DNA of 24,000 bases from Candidatus Acidiferrales bacterium (GCA_035933995.1 DASYYI010000387.1:2962-26961), one strand, 5' to 3'; positions 1-7,890 are shown, numbered from the stretch's first letter. Numbers and translations: made by a program. Notes: a model not told the origin generated them from the sequence alone.

Positions 1-1049
1 TTCGGACTCGCGGATTGGGAGCTTGTGGCGTTGTACGCCATCTTGCCTTGTGCGGTTAGCGTGGTCGGAATCAAGGGAGTTCTGTCAACTGAGTGTGGAA
101 ATCGGTACATGTCGAGGTCGCCGAAGAAAAACAGCTTGTTCTTTAGAATCGGCCCGCCGATCTTAAATCCAAATTGATTGGACTTGATGATTTGGCGCGG
201 CTGGCCCGCCAGATTGCTGAAGTAGTAGTTGGCGTCCAGCGCCGTGTTCCGGAAATACTCCCACGCGCCGCCGTGGAATTTGTTGCTGCCACTCTGGCTG
301 ACCATGCTGATTTGGATGGCGCCTTCGCCAGTTTGCGAAGCGCTGTTGGCCGCAGTGCTGATGCTGAATTCGGAAATGTCGTCAACACGAGGAGCGATAA
401 TGGTGAAAAAGCCATCGCTGGATTTCAGCAGGTTGTCCTGGGTATTGATGCCGTCTTCGGTGATATTGATTGAGCCTTTAGGAAGGCCGTCGAAGGACGT
501 GTTGCGAGGATTTCCAGCGGTCTGAGCGCCGGGGTCAAGAATCGCGAGGTTGATGGCATCGCGCGAGGTAAACGGCAGTTGGGTAATTTCCGCGCCAACC
601 ACGGTGGAGGATATACTGGCGGTCGCCGTGTGCAGCACTTGGGCGCCGGATTCAACCGTTACCGTCGTTGAAGCGCCCCCAATCTCCAGGCTCGCCTTCA
701 AATCGTACGTCTGACCAACCGTAATTTTCACACCAGTGAAAACGCCGGTCTTGAACCCGTCCCTAGTGACCGAGACGTTATACTCACCTGGCATCATGGT
801 CGCCAGCACGAACCGGCCATCCGATCCGGACGTAGCCGTTACGACAGTACCGGTGGCCACACCGGTTGCTGTCACCTTGGCCCCAGGGATGGTTGCACCC
901 GAAGGATCGAGAACCGTCCCGGTCAAAGTGCCGGTCGGGCTGACCTGCGCATAAGCGAGATTCGCGCACAAGAGGAACAACATCGTGCTGAGCACGCATA
1001 CGAGGAATCGCCCAATGAATCGAGGCCCAAAAGCATATTGCTCACGCAT
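1..1049 (-). CDS. TonB-dependent outer-membrane receptor, N-terminal part (signal peptide, carboxypeptidase-regulatory-like domain, plug); the 3' end runs off the left edge
   Basis: Not in the ORF track because there is no stop codon inside the window. Hand translation of the minus strand from ATG 1049-1047 (GAGGTG just upstream) gives MREQYAFGPRFIGRFLVCVLSTMLFLLCANLAYAQVSPTGTLTGTVLDPSGATIPGAKVTATGVATGTVVTATSGSDGRFVLATMMPGEYNVSVTRDGFKTGVF. The frame stays open to position 1 through ITQLPFTSRDAINLAILDPGAQ and KFHGGAWEYFRNTALDANYYF. This pattern is typical of CarboxypepD_reg-type TonB-dependent receptors. Confidence 0.8.
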   Translation of the reverse strand, partial: MREQYAFGPRFIGRFLVCVLSTMLFLLCANLAYAQVSPTGTLTGTVLDPSGATIPGAKVTATGVATGTVVTATSGSDGRFVLATMMPGEYNVSVTRDGFKTGVFTGVKITVGQTYDLKASLEIGGASTTVTVESGAQVLHTATASISSTVVGAEITQLPFTSRDAINLAILDPGAQTAGNPRNTSFDGLPKGSINITEDGINTQDNLLKSSDGFFTIIAPRVDDISEFSISTAANSASQTGEGAIQISMVSQSGSNKFHGGAWEYFRNTALDANYYFSNLAGQPRQIIKSNQFGFKIGGPILKNKLFFFGDLDMYRFPHSVDRTPLIPTTLTAQGKMAYNATSSQSASP

Positions 1050-1414
1050 CGCTCACCTCGCAAGGATTTAGTCTTTACACGAGCAGAGATCGACAGACAA
1101 AGCCCTAAGAACGCGTACTCTGTTGTCCAAGTCCTGAATCACCCAAGTCTAGGAAAGTCGCTGCCAAAATCGCTGCAGGCCAAATACCACATTTCGAATG
1201 TATCTGCAAGTTAAATATAAGATGCATGAAATACGAGATTTAAATTTGCATTCTGCCAATGAGGTCAAGCTCTCCAATCGCCACCGCATACGACAAATCA
1301 TATTGTTCTACGCTAAATGGAAATTGTCCGAGGATTTGACGTCCCGCCTTGGCGAGTTTGGTTGGCACACGAAAGACAAGACGACTTCGGGCGGGAATTC
1401 GCCTGTCGGGGAAC

Positions 1415-2149
1415 TCAATAGGCAAGCTGGCCGTTAATTAGCATCTTGCTGGGCTTGAATTCGATATAAGCCCGTTGGGCGACCAGGGTCCCGATCGCCG
1501 GGCTCATGAATTGAAACGCAAACGATTTGTCTCCCGACTTGATGAATGACGCACCGTTCACCTTGCGAGCGAAAATGAATTCAACGGCTGTTTGCCCTCC
1601 TGGGGCGACCTCCATGCGCGCGGGAACTAGTTTTTGTCCATTGGGTCCGATCAGGTAAGTTTGCATTGGTACAACCCCTGGGGGAAAGGACTGCCAGTAT
1701 TGCATCATATCTCGTTCGTACAGTGTGACGTTTGATCCGTAATCGAGATGGACGACGATGTCATCGTCGTAGTTTCTCGTCAGAAAGCCTTTCACGGAAT
1801 CATCGAACGCCTTTTTGTGGCTAGCGTCCATTCGGTCATACTTGTTCTGTATCTGTGCTTGACGAGCGACTGCCTCGCGGACTGGCAGCGCCGAGCGGAG
1901 CTGCACCAAGTAGTAGATCTCCGGCACCTGTTCTCGTCCTGTACCATCGCTTGGCTGGCCCATCGGGGTCTCTACCATCCCTGTATTGCTCCAGGTTTGC
2001 GCCCAGGGGGAGTTCTGCAACATATTTCGGCAATCGTTGCTCGACCATTGTTGCCAGGGCTTCTTCGTCCAGTACCCTTGCCCTTTAGCGGTAGTTGCCG
2101 ACAGCGCGGTCGCAACCACACCTACCACCAATATGGTCCGGGCATGCAT
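1415..2149 (-). CDS. secreted protein of unknown function
   Basis: 244-aa ORF. The N-terminus MHARTILVVGVVATALSATTAKGQ looks like a signal peptide. It is Trp-rich after the cleavage site (KKPWQQWSSNDCRNMLQNSPWAQTW). I do not recognise a family. It lies upstream of the TonB receptor gene on the same strand. Confidence 0.6.
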   Translation of the reverse strand: MHARTILVVGVVATALSATTAKGQGYWTKKPWQQWSSNDCRNMLQNSPWAQTWSNTGMVETPMGQPSDGTGREQVPEIYYLVQLRSALPVREAVARQAQIQNKYDRMDASHKKAFDDSVKGFLTRNYDDDIVVHLDYGSNVTLYERDMMQYWQSFPPGVVPMQTYLIGPNGQKLVPARMEVAPGGQTAVEFIFARKVNGASFIKSGDKSFAFQFMSPAIGTLVAQRAYIEFKPSKMLINGQLAY

Positions 2150-2265
2150 CGTGACCTCCTTCGGAGTTTGAATTAAGCTGAGATTCCGGTCGGCCGGAAA
2201 CCCGAGTTAGACTCGAACGAAACATCATCGCTCAAAATCGTTGAGAGCAAACCACGCGAAAAAGC

Positions 2266-2313
2266 TGGCGCGCCGGAAGAGGACTGACCTTCACCCCTCA
2301 ATCTGCGCAGAAG
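2266..2313 (-). repeat. decayed second copy of the tRNA-Arg 3'-half / att-like repeat
   Basis: The plus strand reads TGGCGCGCCGGAAGAGGACTGACCTTCACCCCTCAATCTGCGCAGAAG. By eye it aligns with 2809-2853 (TGGCGCGCCCGGAGGGACTCGAACCCCCGACCCTCTGCTTAGAAG) over most positions with a few indels. Both copies are followed by GTAC. The T-loop is destroyed, so it is not a functional tRNA. Confidence 0.3.
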
Positions 2314-2518
2314 TGTACATGATTCCCCGCCACTGCGCTGCCGATTTCCCTTTCTCGGAACGAGAGGAACGTCTGGAATCACAATAATCGTCGAGGAATC
2401 GTTCGCCGCGAAACACACTTTGGGGCAGTACAGCCATTGGGTTGTTTCGTTCGGCGGAATATGGGTGAAGGCTGGCCTGATGGAGTTTTTGTACTACGGT
2501 GTGTGAGAGAGTTTATAG

Positions 2519-2764
2519 CACATCGACTATCCCTTCCACGACAAAACCATCGTCGTCACCCGTTGCGGGCGCATCTGTCTAGGCAAGAAAAAAATAAACT
2601 TCAGCACCGTCTTTGCCGGTCAAGCCGTCGGCATCAAAGAAGTCCGCGACGATATCTGGCTGGTCAGCTTTATGCAGTATGATCTGGGGTACTTCGATCT
2701 GGGGACTCGGGTACTCGAGCCAATCGAAAATCCCTTCGGTCCAAAAGTGTTACCCATGTCTTAG
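2519..2764 (+). pseudogene. C-terminal fragment (about 81 codons) of an rve/DDE integrase-core transposase (IS481/IS3-like); 5' part missing
   Basis: Hand translation in the frame of 2522 gives IDYPFHDKTIVVTRCGRICLGKKKINFSTVFAGQAVGIKEVRDDIWLVSFMQYDLGYFDLGTRVLEPIENPFGPKVLPMS, ending at stop 2762-2764. I recall this C-terminal signature (YP.HD...VT.CGRIC...KI..S..FAGQ.VG..EV.D.IW.VSFM.YDLG.FD) from IS481-type transposases. In-frame stops at 2504 and 2516 and the absence of any catalytic core upstream show it is truncated. Confidence 0.6.
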
Positions 2765-2808
2765 GTACGTTGTGTCACCCATGTCTCCGGGCCGGACCCA
2801 ATGAGGAA

Positions 2809-2853
2809 TGGCGCGCCCGGAGGGACTCGAACCCCCGACCCTCTGCTTAGAAG
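2809..2853 (-). tRNA. 3' fragment of tRNA-Arg(UCU), from anticodon loop to CCA; not a complete gene and probably an att-site remnant
   Basis: The minus strand reads CTTCTAA GCAGA GGGTC GGGGG TTCGAGT CCCTC CGGGCGC G CCA. These parts are the anticodon loop with UCU, the 3' anticodon stem, the variable loop, the T arm with a TTCGAGT loop, the 3' acceptor strand, the discriminator and CCA. The sequence 5' of the loop (..AATGCGTAC) cannot pair with GCAGA. No GCGCCCG acceptor 5' strand or D arm is present upstream. Confidence 0.7.
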
Positions 2854-3135
2854 GTACGCATTACAAAACTCTAAGTGCCGCTTCTGGTGTCGCTTACGGG
2901 GAAGCGCGTCATTTATCTCGCCCTTGAACTGGACCGAAGTTGGACTGAAACTTCTGCTGACTTGCGCTTGAATTCAGACTGCTTCGAAGGGCCATACCTT
3001 CCTTTACTTCAGAGTGCGCCGTCCTGGAGCAATCACTCGGCCCGCGCGGAGACGAATTACTGACGTAATGTAATGGACCCATCCCGGTTCCTGCAACAAG
3101 CGATCAGCTTGGCCGCAGTCCGGGGAGGGACTTCC

Positions 3136-3204
3136 ATGCAAGTTGTGACGATCGGTCTGGATATCGCCAATCATATGGATGAGCACGGACGGCACCCCTC
3201 CTAA
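3136..3204 (+). pseudogene. possible N-terminal stub of an IS110-family transposase
   Basis: A 22-codon ORF encodes MQVVTIGLDIANHMDEHGRHPS. The VTIGLDIA start resembles the conserved IS110 N-terminus (V.IGIDLAK..FQVHG). It stops after 22 codons. This is a short match and weak evidence. Confidence 0.3.
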
Positions 3205-3374
3205 CAATCGTGTCTGCTGCTGCTAAATTCACCCGGCAAAGAATGACACCGCCCATTCGACTTCGCGTTCTTGGCGATTGAACATCAAGCAATGCATTGC
3301 CTTGGCATCTGACAATTGTTGGAGGAAGCTCAGGGTGTTTGGGTAGTACGCGTTGCTCATTTCTCGTTTGCTAT

Positions 3375-3403
3375 GTGCACCGCCGTGGTGTACGGTGGTG
3401 CAC
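3375..3403. promoter_or_regulatory. imperfect inverted repeat upstream of the first RHH gene (candidate operator)
   Basis: The sequence is GTGCACCGCCGT ggtgt ACGGTGGTGCAC, with 11 of 12 arm positions complementary. It lies 59-87 nt upstream of ATG 3462. It contains CACCGCCGTGGTG, which resembles CACCGCTATGGTG upstream of the second RHH gene. TGCTATGTG sits immediately 5' (3370-3378). Confidence 0.35.
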
Positions 3404-3461
3404 AAAAGGAATTAGCGTGCCGAGCAAGAAAACAGGAGGAGCCAAATCGAGGGAAGCAGCT

Positions 3462-3620
3462 ATGCCGCGCGCCTCGGTGAGCTTTCCTCCTGAAGTATAC
3501 AAGACTCTCGAAAATCTTGCGAAGAAGAAAAAAGTCTCGATTGCTTGGATCGTGCGCGAGGCCGTCGAAAAGTACGTCGCTGACCAATGGCCGCTGTTTG
3601 GTAATTTGAAGGGAAACTAA
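3462..3620 (+). CDS. ribbon-helix-helix (CopG/Arc-type) DNA-binding protein, candidate controller of the methyltransferase operon
   Basis: This is the internal ATG of ORF 3297..3620, preceded by GAGGGAAGCAGCT. It encodes 52 aa: MPRASVSFPPEVYKTLENLAKKKKVSIAWIVREAVEKYVADQWPLFGNLKGN. The pattern of a beta-strand (SVSFP) followed by two helices is typical of RHH proteins. The stop TAA is directly followed by the ATG of the next gene. A paralogue is at 7891..8061. Confidence 0.75.
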   Translation: MPRASVSFPPEVYKTLENLAKKKKVSIAWIVREAVEKYVADQWPLFGNLKGN

Positions 3621-4856
3621 ATGAAGTCTGCGATCAAAGCCCGTCTCGAAGAATGTCCAGAGGCAAAGCGCTTCGATGCTGCGCGATTGCATCATGTCGA
3701 CTTCGACTTCACCGACAGCAAGACCGGCTATCTGACACACGGGCTCCACCCGTATCCCGCAAAATTCATTCCGCAGATTCCCGACACCCTCATCCGGGAG
3801 CTGTCGAATGAGGGTGACACGGTAGCCGATGTGTTCTGCGGAAGCGGGACGACGTTGGTCGAGGCGCTTGTACTCAACCGCAATGCCATCGGCTTTGATG
3901 CTAACCCGCTGGCTTGTCTCATCACGAAGGCAAAGACGACACGGTTTGCTCCTGGAGACAAGTCGTCGCTTTTGTCGCTAGCGCGGAGGGCAGGCGAAAC
4001 GGGAGATGCGATAGTGAATGCCGGAAAGACACTCTTCCACCCTTCCGGCGCGTTTACGTCCTCGGCTTGGCGGCCAGATGCGCACGCGCTGACTTTTTGG
4101 TTTGAGCCGCTCGTCATCGAGGAACTTGCGGAAATCCTTTCATGGTGCGAGGCTCTGCCCTCAGAGTCGGCTCGAACCGTCGCACTCGTGGCGTTCTCAT
4201 CGATCATCGTTACGGTCTCTAAGCAGGATTCCGACACAAGGTATGTACGACGCCAAAAGGACGTAGCGCCTGGCGAAACGATGGCACGGTTTGCCCGCGC
4301 GCTTAAGTCCGCACTCACCGCCGTCGATGAGTTCGGCAACCAGGTCCGGTCGGACTTAAGCTGCGAAGTGATCCACGCCAATATTCTTGAGCAGCCGCAA
4401 AGCTCGCCCTTTGACCTGATGGTGTGCTCGCCGCCTTACCCGAATGCGTTCAGCTATCATCTCTACCACATGACCCGCATGGTATGGCTAGGAATGGACC
4501 AGCCGAAATTCAAACGGGAAGAGATTGGTAGTCACCGCAAGTACAGTGCCAAGGGTCTAAATGGGGCAACGGCCCAGACATTCCAGAAAGAAATGCAAAC
4601 CATCTTCTCTTGGCTTCATGTTCATCTGAAGACTGGAGGCTTTACTTGCTTTGTGGTCGGGGATTCCACGATCCGGGGCGAGCTTATCAACAACGCCGAT
4701 CTGATCGCTGCGGCAGGCCTCGTCGAAGGCTTCACTGAGATTGCCCGCCCCACACGGCGTCTTCAAATGACCAAGAAAGCATTCAACCCTGTGATCGGCA
4801 AAATCAAAGACGAGAAGATCATCATCCTTCAGAAGGATAGGGGGGCAGACAGATGA
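3621..4856 (+). CDS. DNA methyltransferase (N4-cytosine or N6-adenine; SPPY catalytic motif), first of a pair
   Basis: 411-aa ORF. It carries HPYPAKFIPQIP, AdoMet motif I VFCGSGTT (aa 71-78) and motif IV CSPPYPNAF (aa 269-277). The order is motif I, then about 190 aa, then motif IV. The 3' end overlaps the next start (ATGA at 4853-4856). Confidence 0.9.
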   Translation: MKSAIKARLEECPEAKRFDAARLHHVDFDFTDSKTGYLTHGLHPYPAKFIPQIPDTLIRELSNEGDTVADVFCGSGTTLVEALVLNRNAIGFDANPLACLITKAKTTRFAPGDKSSLLSLARRAGETGDAIVNAGKTLFHPSGAFTSSAWRPDAHALTFWFEPLVIEELAEILSWCEALPSESARTVALVAFSSIIVTVSKQDSDTRYVRRQKDVAPGETMARFARALKSALTAVDEFGNQVRSDLSCEVIHANILEQPQSSPFDLMVCSPPYPNAFSYHLYHMTRMVWLGMDQPKFKREEIGSHRKYSAKGLNGATAQTFQKEMQTIFSWLHVHLKTGGFTCFVVGDSTIRGELINNADLIAAAGLVEGFTEIARPTRRLQMTKKAFNPVIGKIKDEKIIILQKDRGADR

Positions 4857-6454
4857 AGCAGCAATGCGTATGCCGGATGAAACCCTACATCCAGCCCTTC
4901 GAGCGAACGCTGGCAGTGGCCGAACTCAGCGCCATTGCGCGCACAAAGCCGATTGCGGTTGACAGGACAGAAGAGCCGGTTCTTTTTTCATTGCCGATGG
5001 CGACGAAGGCAGATGCACTGGTGCGGCATTTGGCTTATTGGGAAGTCGTAGAAACAAATAAGCCGTGTTTTACTACCCAGGTATTACGGGAGCGTACCGT
5101 CAATGTGGTCCGCAACGGTGTACCTCCCAAAGACATCCCGCAATTGTTGAAGGACGACATCGTGCTCCCTAATCGTCGCTGCCTGCGCTATGGGACGCAC
5201 GGCATACACGAGTATCGCGGCAAATTCTTCCCTCAGCTTGTCCGATCCTTGATCAATATTGCCGATGTGCCTAAGCGGGGAATCGTAGCAGACCCGATGT
5301 GCGGTAGCGGCACCACCGATGTGGAAGCTGTACTCGGGGAGTATCGCGCCCTGGGGCTTGATATGAACCCATTGTCGGTTCTGATGGCGCACAACAAATG
5401 TGCGCTGCTGTCCGTCGCACCCGAACTGCTGAACTCGAGCTATGAAGCAATCCGCGACAAGCTGATCCGGCCATCCAGCAAACGGAACGGCAAACTCACT
5501 TATTTTGCTTCGCTGCCCGCTCGCGATCAGGAATACCTGTCGGGATGGTTTTCCGAGCAGGTGCTGCAGGATTTGGATGAGGTCGCCCGAACCATAGAGC
5601 AATCAGACAAACGGGTCCGCGATTTCTTCCGGCTCTCCCTCAGCAACATCATTCGCAGCGTCTCGTGGCAAAAAGATGACGATTTGCGTGTCCGTAAGGA
5701 ACTCCGACTCGACGCTGAAATCGATCCTATCCGTGAATTTCTGGAAGAGCTGGGCCGCTCGGTGCGCGTCGTGCTCGCTTTCCTATACCACAACCGGGAA
5801 ACACAGTTTGGACCGTTTGATATTGCCGAAGGCGATGCGCGGGACTTGGCGACGGCGTGGAGCAAGTGGAGAGACAAAATCGACACCATCATCACATCGC
5901 CACCCTATGCCACCGCCTTGCCGTATCTGGACACGGATCGGTTGAGCCTCTCGTATCTTGGCTTGTTGCCGCGCCCCGAGCACCGGCACCTAGATCAGCA
6001 CATGATAGGCAACCGGGAGATTAGTGAAAAGCAGCGGTCAATGTACTGGAGAATCTTTGAGAGCAAGAAGAAGAAATTACCGAAGTCCGTATCAGTGCTA
6101 ATTCAGAAGGTCGATGCACTGAATTCCAAAATCGAGGTTGGCTTCCGCCGCCGTAATCTCCCCGCGTTGCTGACAAAATACTTCCTGGACATGCAGCAGG
6201 TGTTCGAGGGAATGAAAGCGGTACTGCGGCCCGGTTGTCCGGCCTACGTAGTGGTAGGCAACAATCACACAATCGCGGGCGGCGAGAGGGTCGAAATCGA
6301 GACCGCCAGCCTGCTGGTGGAAATTGCGGCGGCGGTCGGAATGAAGTCCGAGCGTCGTATTCCGATGGAGATGCTCGTCTCCCGCGACATCTTCAAGAAG
6401 AACGCGGTCGCTTCGGAAGAAATCCTCTGCTTCAGAACACCTTCTCAGAAGTAG
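4853..6454 (+). CDS. DNA methyltransferase (SPPY catalytic motif), second of a pair
   Basis: 533-aa ORF. It carries YRGKFFPQLV, motif I DPMCGSGTT (aa 147-155) and motif IV ITSPPYATALPY (aa 347-358). It has the same I-to-IV architecture as the upstream gene plus an extra N-terminal domain of about 110 aa. It is translationally coupled to the upstream gene. Its 3' end overlaps the convergent nuclease gene by 10 nt. Confidence 0.9.
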   Translation: MKQQCVCRMKPYIQPFERTLAVAELSAIARTKPIAVDRTEEPVLFSLPMATKADALVRHLAYWEVVETNKPCFTTQVLRERTVNVVRNGVPPKDIPQLLKDDIVLPNRRCLRYGTHGIHEYRGKFFPQLVRSLINIADVPKRGIVADPMCGSGTTDVEAVLGEYRALGLDMNPLSVLMAHNKCALLSVAPELLNSSYEAIRDKLIRPSSKRNGKLTYFASLPARDQEYLSGWFSEQVLQDLDEVARTIEQSDKRVRDFFRLSLSNIIRSVSWQKDDDLRVRKELRLDAEIDPIREFLEELGRSVRVVLAFLYHNRETQFGPFDIAEGDARDLATAWSKWRDKIDTIITSPPYATALPYLDTDRLSLSYLGLLPRPEHRHLDQHMIGNREISEKQRSMYWRIFESKKKKLPKSVSVLIQKVDALNSKIEVGFRRRNLPALLTKYFLDMQQVFEGMKAVLRPGCPAYVVVGNNHTIAGGERVEIETASLLVEIAAAVGMKSERRIPMEMLVSRDIFKKNAVASEEILCFRTPSQK

Positions 6455-7734
6455 CCGAAACGCTTCTGCGAGTGCGGCACCTCCGTATTGCAGAACGGCG
6501 CGAGCTGCTCAAACAGCGGCGAGCCTTGCGGTGCCACCTGGATGTCGTATTCAAAGCCGTTCACCGGATCGACGCGTCGAACGAAGAGAATATCACCAGG
6601 GTACCCAGAACTGCGTAAGACTTCGTTGCGAATCCGAAAATCACCCTTATCCGGGTTGAAGAACATCGCCACGGACTGAACCGTGCCAATGCGCATCGGC
6701 ACGTGCGCACGGTCCATTTTGCCGAGACCATTACGCCTCTTCTTGGGGTTGCGGTTATTCCACGCGATATCGGCGGTGAATTGATTCGGGAAGGTCCAGA
6801 AGTCGGGATTTTGGTCGATAGCTGCCAGCGGTATGAAAACTTCCGGTGATCTGCGGGATGTCCCTCGCGTTGTCTGACCCACACCTACGTCCGTGTTTTG
6901 CAAGGTCATCACGAAGCAACTGACGCCGCCAACTTGTGCTGGCACGATGCCAGGTGGCGGGAGCACGGTGACAGCGGGCAATTCTGCGGCTTCCGCCTCG
7001 CCTTCCGCCTCGATTGGCTCCACTTCCGCTCTGGCGATAGCCGGTGGCCGAGGAACGCCGACCGTGATGAAGAGCGGGGGAGGGGGAACGGGTTGCTCAC
7101 CGGCATTTGCTGCACCCCCTGCTGGAGGCACTGTCGGTTGCGGTGCAGGAGTCCGCGCCTGCTGTGCGGCTGCCAATTCGGCTTCACTGCGCACAAGTCC
7201 AGACGCGACGAGCCGGTCTATGAATTCTGCCGTGAGCACATAGCAAACACCTTGCTGCGGCTGGGCCCATTGATCCAGCGTCGCTTCGATGACTTGCAGA
7301 AACGCTGCATCCTCCGGCACGGCTAGGTCCAGCGAAACGGCAAGGGACGCTTCGTAGTTGGTAAACAATCCCCCGCCTGTCAGATTGCCGGACCCGACAA
7401 GGACATCGGCATGCTCCGCCGACTTGAAGACATAGACCTTCGGGTGAAACGTGTAGGGGCCGTTATTCCGGTAGATGAGAATCTGCCCAGGCCGCGTTAC
7501 ATCCAGGAGATCGTTCAATCCCTCTCTGGAGGTGCCGTACAAATCGACGCCCACGGAAATCAGGACATCCGACCTGGCGCTGAAGTCTCGAAGCAGCTCA
7601 CGAATGTACTGTGTGCCGGAGCGCTTCACGAATGCGATAGCAGCTCGGAAAGTCGCCCATTGCGGATCGGCGAGGTGGTTGCGAAGAAATTCTCCCAACC
7701 GCACGTCTCCGAATGGCTGCGTAATGAATTGCAT
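6445..7734 (-). CDS. PLD-superfamily nuclease, BfiI/NgoFVII-like restriction endonuclease candidate (N-terminal HKD nuclease, Pro/Ala/Glu linker, C-terminal putative DNA-recognition domain)
   Basis: 429-aa ORF. It has a single HKD-type motif, TFHPKVYVFKSAEHADVLVGSGNLTGGGL (H97, K99, GSGN 114-117). A low-complexity linker spans about aa 186-266 (ARTPAPQPTVPPAGG..PVPPPP..EAEGEAEAAELP). The C-terminal domain begins CFVMTLQNTDVGVG...SPEVFIPLAAI, which resembles the first strands of B3/EcoRII-N-type pseudobarrels. The gene is convergent with two methyltransferase genes. Confidence 0.85.
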   Translation of the reverse strand: MQFITQPFGDVRLGEFLRNHLADPQWATFRAAIAFVKRSGTQYIRELLRDFSARSDVLISVGVDLYGTSREGLNDLLDVTRPGQILIYRNNGPYTFHPKVYVFKSAEHADVLVGSGNLTGGGLFTNYEASLAVSLDLAVPEDAAFLQVIEATLDQWAQPQQGVCYVLTAEFIDRLVASGLVRSEAELAAAQQARTPAPQPTVPPAGGAANAGEQPVPPPPLFITVGVPRPPAIARAEVEPIEAEGEAEAAELPAVTVLPPPGIVPAQVGGVSCFVMTLQNTDVGVGQTTRGTSRRSPEVFIPLAAIDQNPDFWTFPNQFTADIAWNNRNPKKRRNGLGKMDRAHVPMRIGTVQSVAMFFNPDKGDFRIRNEVLRSSGYPGDILFVRRVDPVNGFEYDIQVAPQGSPLFEQLAPFCNTEVPHSQKRFGYF

Positions 7735-7805
7735 GACAGGAGAGAATCATACTAGCAAGATTGGTCAACCTGCACGCAGGCTATACGGAAGGTTGCCTTC
7801 CATGC

Positions 7806-7839
7806 AATTCACCGCTATGGTGAATTGTGGTGCTATACT
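7806..7839 (+). promoter_or_regulatory. perfect inverted repeat plus an extended -10-like element in the nuclease/RHH divergent region
   Basis: AATTCACC gctat GGTGAATT (7806-7826) has perfect 8-bp arms. It is followed by TGcTATACT (7831-7839), which is TG-n-TATACT and therefore extended -10-like. It sits between the nuclease start (7734, minus strand) and the RHH2 start (7858/7891, plus strand). Confidence 0.35.
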
Positions 7840-7890
7840 CCAGCAAGCGAGCAGGCCGTGACCAGAGGCGCTAAGCGAAAAGAAAAATTC

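Noticed and set aside
1198-1437. A 79-aa plus-strand ORF and a 61-aa minus-strand ORF in the AT-richer gap upstream of the TonB receptor gene
   Set aside because: The region looks like a promoter or leader for the receptor gene (TTGCAG, 17 nt, TATTTG on the minus strand). The ORF products are low-quality and overlap each other.
2809-2900. A complete tRNA gene on the minus strand
   Set aside because: Only the anticodon loop through CCA folds. The 5' side (..GCACTTAGAGTTTTGTAATGCGTAC) gives no anticodon-stem pairing, no D arm and no GCGCCCG acceptor strand. It was called a fragment instead.
3289-3300. A perfect 12-bp palindrome, GCAATGCATTGC, upstream of the RHH1 region
   Set aside because: Perfect 12-bp palindromes are expected several times by chance in 24 kb. 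It has no partner motif elsewhere in the window and no obvious promoter context.
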